DNA of 64,000 bases from the human T2T-CHM13v2.0 reference genome, Homo sapiens, in the NCBI RefSeq assembly GCF_009914755.1, contig NC_060925.1. The stretch is one strand, 5' to 3'. The first letter of the stretch is position 1. Each line of letters begins with the position of its first letter. Below the pieces are notes generated by a model. It saw only the letters and a program-made list of their open reading frames with translations. It had not been told where the DNA came from and searched no databases. Position numbers and translations under genes: made by a program. Positions 54,561 through 64,000 of this stretch are shown piece by piece.

Positions 54561-57470
54561 TTAAAAAACGAGTCTCACCAAATGTTTGCTTCACTTCAGC
54601 AGCCCTCTTCAGGTGACAGAGTTTCTTTCCTCTATTTTGAGGGTTATCTTTTTCTTTTCTTTTCCTTTCTTTTTTTTTTTTTAACCGAGTGATAAATACA
54701 GGGTGCCTTTCTCTGCTACCCCTGCCCAGATCCGGGAGCTCAGATGCTGATGCTTTTCAGACTTTCATTTTCCCTCTCATTTGAGCACCAGAGAAAGAGC
54801 TAATAAGTTGTTTACTAATGAGAAAGCAGTCGACTAAGGGAAAACATTGGGCACCACATGTCTGCAAAAGATGAGAGCAAAGTAGATCGCTTAGTTAAGT
54901 CATGTCGAGTAGCAATGTTATTTCCCATTTCCAGATAAATATTTGATAATGTAGGCACGATTTTCTTTAGATCTCTATGGTGTACATGGGGACTTAAGCT
55001 ACCCTGTCGGGTTTTTCATTACTTGGGAGTGTTCCAGAGATGTTTGTTTTTTGACTTAAAAGTTATTTTGCTTTATTTTAATATAGTTATCTTTTAGCTA
55101 CTCAAAGATTGTAGATGGGAATTAGGAGAAAAAAATAGCATGCCTGCATTTCTTTTTGTGTGTTGGACAGTTAATTTTTTTTAAAAAAAAGACTAAATCA
55201 AGAAATTCTGAAGAGTTGATGTCAAAATTAAGTATTGCAACTGCATCTAAATTTCTTGTTTAAATATACTTTTTAAGAAATCTCTTTATAAGTTTGGTTT
55301 CTTGTGCAGTCAGACGTAAGCTTGAAAACTTTGGTATAATGGTTGATATTTCCTCCACAAAAATAGAGACTTTAACAATGTATATCAATGCAGTGTTGCA
55401 CATTTAGAATCCTTTGGTAATGCAAAGCTGAATTTCATATAATTGAAAATGTTGCTATGTAATATTTTAATTACAGTTAGCCTTTTATAAGCAGATCTTA
55501 CAGCATACCACATTTGCTAAATGAATGGAATTTACTATTTTATTAATAGTAAATAATTTACATGAGCTTTTAAAATGAAGATGATGTGAGGCAAGTCAGA
55601 AATACTTTACATTGCCTGGTCTTGAACCATGAAAAACATACTTTGGTTTTGATTGAGAAAGATGATAGGGTCACTTTTCTTTTGAATTGAGCAGTGTTAG
55701 AGTTACAATATATTTGGCATTGGTACTTGTATGTTATAGAAAGTTGGCATAAAAGACACCTACTTTGGCACTGGAACTGAAAATATATTTTCATGTGTAT
55801 TAATAACATTTAGGATCTTTTAATTAATAAGATCAATTTTGATAATAACAAGGAAGCAAGCAAAGAAGGAAGAAATTTTAAATATGATGACCTAGAAATA
55901 CGACCAAAATAGAGGAATACCTAAAGTTAAGCTTCTAGATAAACTGAAATATAACCCCTTCCAGAAAAAGAATAGTTTTTATTAAGTGTTACCTTATAGG
56001 TTGTCATATATCCAAGTCATTTTCTTGGTTTATTTGACTCCCAGTTTTGATAAAAGTTATTGCATTTAAACTTTATCGTGTTTATTAAAATGTTTGCGAC
56101 TATTACTTATATCAACACTTAAAGATAAATAGTCATAAAGTTTGCTTCTCCAAATATTTCCATCTATTCAGACTTTTTATTTCATTGGGTCCTGAAACTT
56201 AGTGTACAGCAACCAAGTATTTATTAAACTTTTGTTTCAAGATTCACTTTTTTAAAAAGCTTCTAAATTGTTTGAATTTAGACTGAAATACTGTTTAATA
56301 TGAAGTTCTTAATTCTTCTCTGCCATACAGATTTTAAGTATTTAAGAAGTTTTGTAGCCAGTTTTAAGATGTATTTAATGGTTAAAACTGTTACTTTGCT
56401 ATGTATCCTGTCTCAGGAATACTTGTTTACTCTGAAAGTTACATATTACAACCTGGCTTTAATAAAATTGATATTTATTTAGAAATATATCCAGCTTTTC
56501 ATTATTTTTTCAAATTGTAGAATTTGAAATACTCCACTGCTTGAGCTGGAATTGGCTTTTGGTCATGGAAAGGCAAAGTAAGAAAATCTGAAACTACAGT
56601 ATTCTGTCTTGTTAATTACTGTAATAGCATGGAGTAATGTTTTTAAGTATTGTTAGTAATTCAGGAGGCTTATTCAACAAGGAAGCATTAATAAACTATG
56701 TAAACTTTGGTGGCTAGAGGTTTCAAGGTATAAGGAAGAATATTTACTGTAGTAAAAATAAAAATCGGCTGTTTAAAATGGCCAATTTCTAATTTTTATC
56801 TCATAACTAATTTGTTGTGTTGTATTCTCTTTTTTTATTTGAAGTATAGCAGAAAACAGACATTTTTGCAATGCCAAAGAAACTAAAGTCTATTTCCAAG
56901 AAACCTGGATTAATGAAAACTGTAAAGAATCTCAGAATGAAAGTGTTGGCTACAATGGTAATTTTGTAGAATGCAGACCAAATATTGAGCAGTGTACTAA
57001 CAAAGCTACCTTGTTGATTATTGGAGATTCATTTTCTTCATCAAAATGCCCAATAAAGTGTTGGTCTGGGAATCTTAAATTCCATTCTCAGCAGATTTTA
57101 TTTAGATAGAGGTAACTTGCTCAAGTGGAAAGTTGAGATAGTTACCCTTAAATTACAGGGGTTAATTTCACCAAACAGTTATGTAGTATCTACCAAAGCT
57201 ATATTGGAGGATATAAAGATGACAAGATAGGTTTTTGCTTTCCAGAAGAGAGTATAGATAATTGTACTAGAAGATAATTATAAGAGACTACAAATAACAT
57301 TTTAAAAATTATTTGCTATATATCAGACATTGTACTTAGTGTCCTATACACCTTATTTGATCTTCACAACAATCCAATAAGGTAGGTGTTATTTCCATGT
57401 TGTGGATCAGGAAACAAGTTCAAGAATGTTAAGGAAATTGCTCATGGTTACATTGTGTGTCTGAGTTTGA

Positions 57471-57798
<328 letters not shown>

Positions 57799-58917
57799 CC
57801 ACTACACCATTATTTAAATTGCCACAGTTCTGGGGAACTATAAATGTTTTGCATCTAATGTTATAGTTGTATGAACTTTCTACAAATTGGCCAAAAACGT
57901 AATTAACCAACATTAACTTTACACTACTTGTTAGCTCCGTCTGTAACAAGGAAAAATGATTTCTACATTCCACTTGGTAGTCTATAATTTAGCAGTGTTT
58001 TATTATTGTAGATACAGTCTAATATTTCACAAAGAATAATAGTACAAATAATCTTTTTACAGGGTTTCTTCATTAAGAATTACTGTTTCTAATGAAAGGT
58101 GTCACATGCTTGCCCAAAACTTCCCAAAAGATTTAACATTACTCTGTAGACTGTGCTTTGCTTTAAAATTTTATACTCACATGTAACCTAGCTCTGTGTT
58201 TGACACTTAGTAGGTGCGCAATACATTGATGAGAATGCTCCATTTGTCACGTAGGAGGAGGGATGTCTAGGTTATTTTAAGAGAAGTTCATTATAATCTT
58301 TGACATATGAAATTACGTAGTTTTCTTTAATTTACATTTCTAATCCCTTCTCCCAAAAATATTCTCTTTAAAAGTACAAAAGGGATTTCTATAGTAGTTA
58401 CATCATTCTTCCATATAGCACACTGGTAGTTTACTCATTTAATGGAAAATGAGAAGACGGCATCTAATTTTGCAGTGACACTGGAAAGTGGAAGGTCTGA
58501 GTTGGGAGGATTAAAATTTTAGGGTGGTTTGGGGGTTGGTGGTATGAGAAGGTAAACAGGGTAGTTAAGACAGACTTTACATTGTTTTCAAATTAGAAAT
58601 GTAATGCACATGTATTACAGAAAATCCAGAAAATGTGGAAAAGCACAAAAGAAAATAAAAGTTGCTCATAGTTCTGTCACTTAGAGACTGACAGACTTTT
58701 TCCACCTAAAAGTCCCATGGCTGTAGAGTCCATTTTTTCTTTTTTTTCTTTATCTCATTTTACTTACTAGAATTTTGAAGAAAAATGAAGCTCAGAGAAT
58801 TTTAAGATAGAAATCACAGTAGGTTAAAAACTTTTTTCTTGCCACTGGTTCTAGATGAGTGGATCTAATTAGCTTTTATTGCCTTTTTTAATCTCAAAAT
58901 ATTTCAATTATGAGTCA

Positions 58918-59343
<426 letters not shown>

Positions 59344-60178
59344 TTATAGACTACCACAATGTTTGTAATTTGCAGCGCATACTTTGCTGAATTAAACATA
59401 CTAAATAACTTTCCAAATATTTCTTGACTACCAAGATAAAAGTCTGTGTTAAAACTAGTGTTACTAAATGATGGCTCTAAAATGGATTTTTTTGTCATCT
59501 CTCATTAGTGTAATAGAGATTAGGTCTAGTATCATGCAATTCCTACCATTCACATAGTGTTGAAATAGGGACAAGTAGGGGCACCTTTTAGACATCATCT
59601 CTTTATCCCAGAGCTTAGCATCTGATTCCTTGGGCTCTCTTATTTCTGCTTTTTGAATTTGGCAATGGTAAATTTTCATGCCATTCATCAGAAGCATGTT
59701 TACTTTTAAACAAATAAAGTAGTAGTTTGTAAACATCACCTAAAATAATGTTACTTTCATACCATAAATGGTATTTGAATAAAACAGTTAATTCTACATT
59801 ATTCCCTCATAAAATATACTGTGCTGATAATTGTCAAATGTCTATATTATTTCAAAAGCCAATTTTACTCTACAGTATATGACATTTAATATGATCAACT
59901 TTTGATATACAGCAGAGTTCAAACTTGACAGCAAAGTTGAAAACTAGTTAAAAGCTTTAAAAAGATTTAAAATTTAGAGTGGGAAAAATATACTAATGAA
60001 AAAGTAATTCCTTAATGAAACAGAAATAGAGAATCTTTATCTTGATGCATGTCTAGCTTGTCTTAATTTTATCTGATGAAATCTTGTTTGAAACTAGCTC
60101 TATTATCATACTTGGTTTTTTTTTGCAATCACAAAAATGAAATTTGTGTAACATTATATACATAAATATTGCCTGTAA

Positions 60179-60778
<600 letters not shown>

Positions 60779-61134
60779 TGAGTATCATATATTTTACACA
60801 TTAATCATACTGTTTTCCCTTCCCTGTAGTTGCTACCTTAGGGATTCTTTAAGGAGGTGTTTGTTCTCCATTTCAGAATTTTCATTGAACAAATTTTATG
60901 CAACTTTTGGATTTTTAAAAAATTTGTTAAACATCAGGCACACTGCATTGGATTAATCACCTATCTGTCTGTCAATCATTTTAATAAGTACTCATGGACC
61001 ACCACTCCCCCTCTCTCAAAACAAGCTAGGAACTTTAACCTACGTATAGTTTTCCTCTATTCTATCCGTCTATTTCCACCTTCTTGTCATCTAGGTCATC
61101 ATTTTTGAGTCCTGTGTTCATTCTCTTCCTTATA

Positions 61135-61454
61135 TAGTAGTCCCTCCTTATCCACGGTTTCAGTTACCCATGGACAACTGTGGTCCAAAAATAGGTGAGT
61201 ACAGTATAGTACTATAAGATATTTATAAGTACTAAGATACTTTGAGAGAAACCACACTCATAACTGTAATTACAGTATAGTTATAATTGTTCTATTTTAT
61301 TATTAGTTATTGTTAATTGCTTACTGTGCCTAATTTATAAATTAAACTTTAGCATAAGTATGTATGTTAAAGGAAAAGTGTAAATAGAGTTTAGTACTGT
61401 TCGTGGTTTTAGGCATTTACTGAAGGTCTCTCGGTGGATAAAAGGAGACTACTG
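61135..61454. mobile_element. MER44-like Tigger MITE
   Basis: TIRs TAGTAGTCCCTCCTTATCC ... GGATAAAAGGAGACTACTG. Confidence 0.8.
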
Positions 61455-61469
61455 TGTATAGTTTAGTTG

Positions 61470-62240
61470 GACATATAAATCTAAACATCTTTTAGTTGTT
61501 TGTATAGAATTGTGAATATAATCTTTTTGAACTTGATTTTTCACCTGTTATAAATAAGATTTATCCACATTTTTGCATGTTGCTATAGTCATTATTTAAA
61601 TTGCTATATAATATTTCATTGAGTAAAATATTCATTAACTCTACTTTGGTGGATATTTGGATATTTATCCACTCTCCCTTGTTGGGCAGTTATTTTCCAT
61701 TTTTTGTTTTGTTTTGTTTGTAATTATAAGCAAAGATCCTATGGACAGTCTGCATGTTTCCTACTGTGCATGTGCCACAGTTCCTATTATATACCTAGAG
61801 GTAGCATTGCTGCCTCACAGGGTAGGTGAATGTTCAACTTAAGAGATGATGCAGAACTTTCAATATGGTTGCACCAATTTATATTCATATTAGCAATATA
61901 TGAAATAAAAGATCCTTTGGTTATCCATCCTCTCCAACACTTGATATTCTCTTTTTAAGTTTTACAAATCATAAGGGTGTAAAATGTTGCCTTATTGTGG
62001 TCTTGATGCGCATTTTCCTGGTTATCACTGATGTAGAACACTTCTTTTTATGTTTGTCGGCCTTTTTACGTGGCTTCTTCAGTGAAATTCCTATTTATGT
62101 CTCTTGCCTATTTTTGTTTTTCTTACTAGTTTATAAGAGTTCTTTATATTGCTTATGTTAATCCTCTGTGTACATTGTGAATGTCTTCTTTCAGTTCCTA
62201 ACTTTTTCGCTTTCTTTTATGGAGTTGTGTGGGAGGGACA
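61470..62240 (-). mobile_element. Old L1 (L1ME/L1M) fragment
   Basis: Antisense L1 ORF2 end/3'UTR motifs (GGTTGCACCAATTTA, CATCCTCTCCAACACTTG). Confidence 0.65.
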
Positions 62241-62847
62241 GTTTTAAATGCCTCTACCTTCTTTGGCAAATATTTGGAATAATTTACATCGTTATCATCA
62301 ACAGGCTTGTATTTAATATCTATTGTACATTTGGTATAGAAAGGGTAAAGTTATATTAATAGTTTATGGCCTGGGGATTTGTAAACTATCCAAATGAACA
62401 GCCATAGGAAGTTGTATAAAATATTGTATTGCTTCACACATGCTAGGCACCCAAATGCTAGGTTGATTTAGTTAATGAGTAAATTCAGAAGCAAAGAAAT
62501 AGCAAAAATTATACATACACTTCATCAGTTGCTTATTTTCCAATTCCATACCTCTCTGTTGCAAACTACTTATTATTAGTCATTAATAATATTTTATTCT
62601 TTTGTTTAAAGGGCAGTATATTCCGTAAGATTATGTGAGTCAGTTATTTAGGTATTTTCATAGCTTGCCATTAAAATGCTGGAGTTGATCAGATTTAATA
62701 CTGGATATAAAGCAAAATATTAATCTTCTGAACAGTTTACTAGCTCAGAAGTTTACAAACTCGGAATCCTAAATACAGTTTTTGTCATTGCTGTGCATCT
62801 TTTGATAAAAAAAATTCTTAAGTCAAATTTGTCCATTGTTTATCATA

Positions 62848-63247
62848 CAGTAAGTCCTCACTTAATGTCATTGACGGGTTCTTGGAAACTGACTTTAAGC
62901 AAAATAACTTATAATGAAACCAGTTTCTTTTTTCTCATCAGTGTTCTAAGGAAATGATATTATAAACAATGAAACATTAGCCAGAAGTGGTGATGCACAC
63001 CTGTAGTCCCAGCTACTTTGGAGGTGGAGGTGAGAGAATGACTTGAGCCCAAGAGTTAAGGCTGCAGTGAGCTGGAATCGTGTCATTGCACTCTAACCTG
63101 GGCAGCATAGTGAGACCCTGTCTCAAAAAAAGAAAGAAAAGAAATGATATTGAGCGAAACAGCATTATTAAAGGACCTGAAGCACATTGTTTTTCTTAAA
63201 GTCTCAGTTCCAAGAACCTATCAGCAGTGTTAAGTGAGGACTTACTG
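62848..63247. mobile_element. MER6-like Tigger MITE interrupted by an Alu right monomer (~62978-63141, +)
   Basis: Perfect 18-bp TIR CAGTAAGTCCTCACTTAA / TTAAGTGAGGACTTACTG with TA target duplication. Confidence 0.85.
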
Positions 63248-63377
63248 TAATTGCTTTTCATGCCCTTTTAAATAAATTATTCCCTATCCTGGGTTTAAAA
63301 GATAGCTACCCAAGTTTGCTCCTAAGAATCTTGCAGTTTTATTTTTTAGATTTAAGTCAGTTTATCTGGATTTGTTG

Positions 63378-64000
63378 TTTTTTAATAGACTTCATATTTT
63401 AAAGCAGTTTTAGGTCCACAGCAAAATCGAGAGGAAGGTCTAGAGATTTCTCAAATAACTGCGTCCCTACATATGTACATATGCATTATCGACATCCTCC
63501 ACAAGAGTACATTTGTTGCAGTTGATGAACCTATATTGACACATCATCATCATCCAGAGCCCAGAGTGCACACATCTTGGTGTTGTGCATTCTATGGGTT
63601 TGTACAAATGTATAATGACATGTATCCAGCATTATAGTATACAGAATAGTGTCCCTGCACTAAGCTTATTCTCTGTGTTCTACCTATTCATCCTTCCCTC
63701 TCCTCCATCCCCTGGCAACCACTGATCTTTTTACAGTTTCCATAGTTGTGCGTTTGGGAAAATCTCATGCGGTTGGAATCATACAGTGTGTAGCCATTTT
63801 ACATGGGTTTCTTTCACTTAGAAATAAGCATTTAATTTTCCTCCATGTCTTTTCATAGCTTGATAGCTTATTTCTTTTTAGTACTGAATAATATCCCATT
63901 GTCTGTATGTACCTTAGTTTATTCATTCACCTACTGAAGGACATCTTGGTTGCTTCTGTTTTGGCAGTTATGAATAAAATGCTATAGACATCCTATGCAA
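63378..64000 (-). mobile_element. L1MC/L1MD-type 3' end
   Basis: Antisense L1 3'UTR, same family as 15208-15880; runs off the window. Confidence 0.78.

Overview
Primate (almost certainly human) genomic DNA. About 53.6 kb of repeat-rich sequence precedes a CpG-island promoter and the first coding exon of PKN2 (MASNPERGEILLTELQ, + strand, 53996-54043). The last ~10 kb is PKN2 intron 1; exon 2 lies outside the window. The rest is mostly transposon debris: ~26 Alu/monomer copies, old L1, L2 and MIR fragments, MaLR LTRs, Tigger/hAT DNA elements, and one two-LTR ERVL (MLT2) provirus at 5661-11454 carrying nested insertions. All other listed ORFs look repeat-derived or spurious. I found no convincing new biological system. 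The strongest sequence-level oddities are (1) a 127-bp locally templated insertion with a snap-back hairpin junction inside an Alu at 46.1 kb, resembling a fossil polymerase-theta repair scar; (2) a 219-bp duplication of the ERVL integrase zinc-finger region made after the element was inactivated; and (3) a candidate 190-nt 5'UTR intron in PKN2 exon 1 that would remove two uORFs. Repeat subfamily names are recalled by eye and need RepeatMasker/Dfam confirmation.
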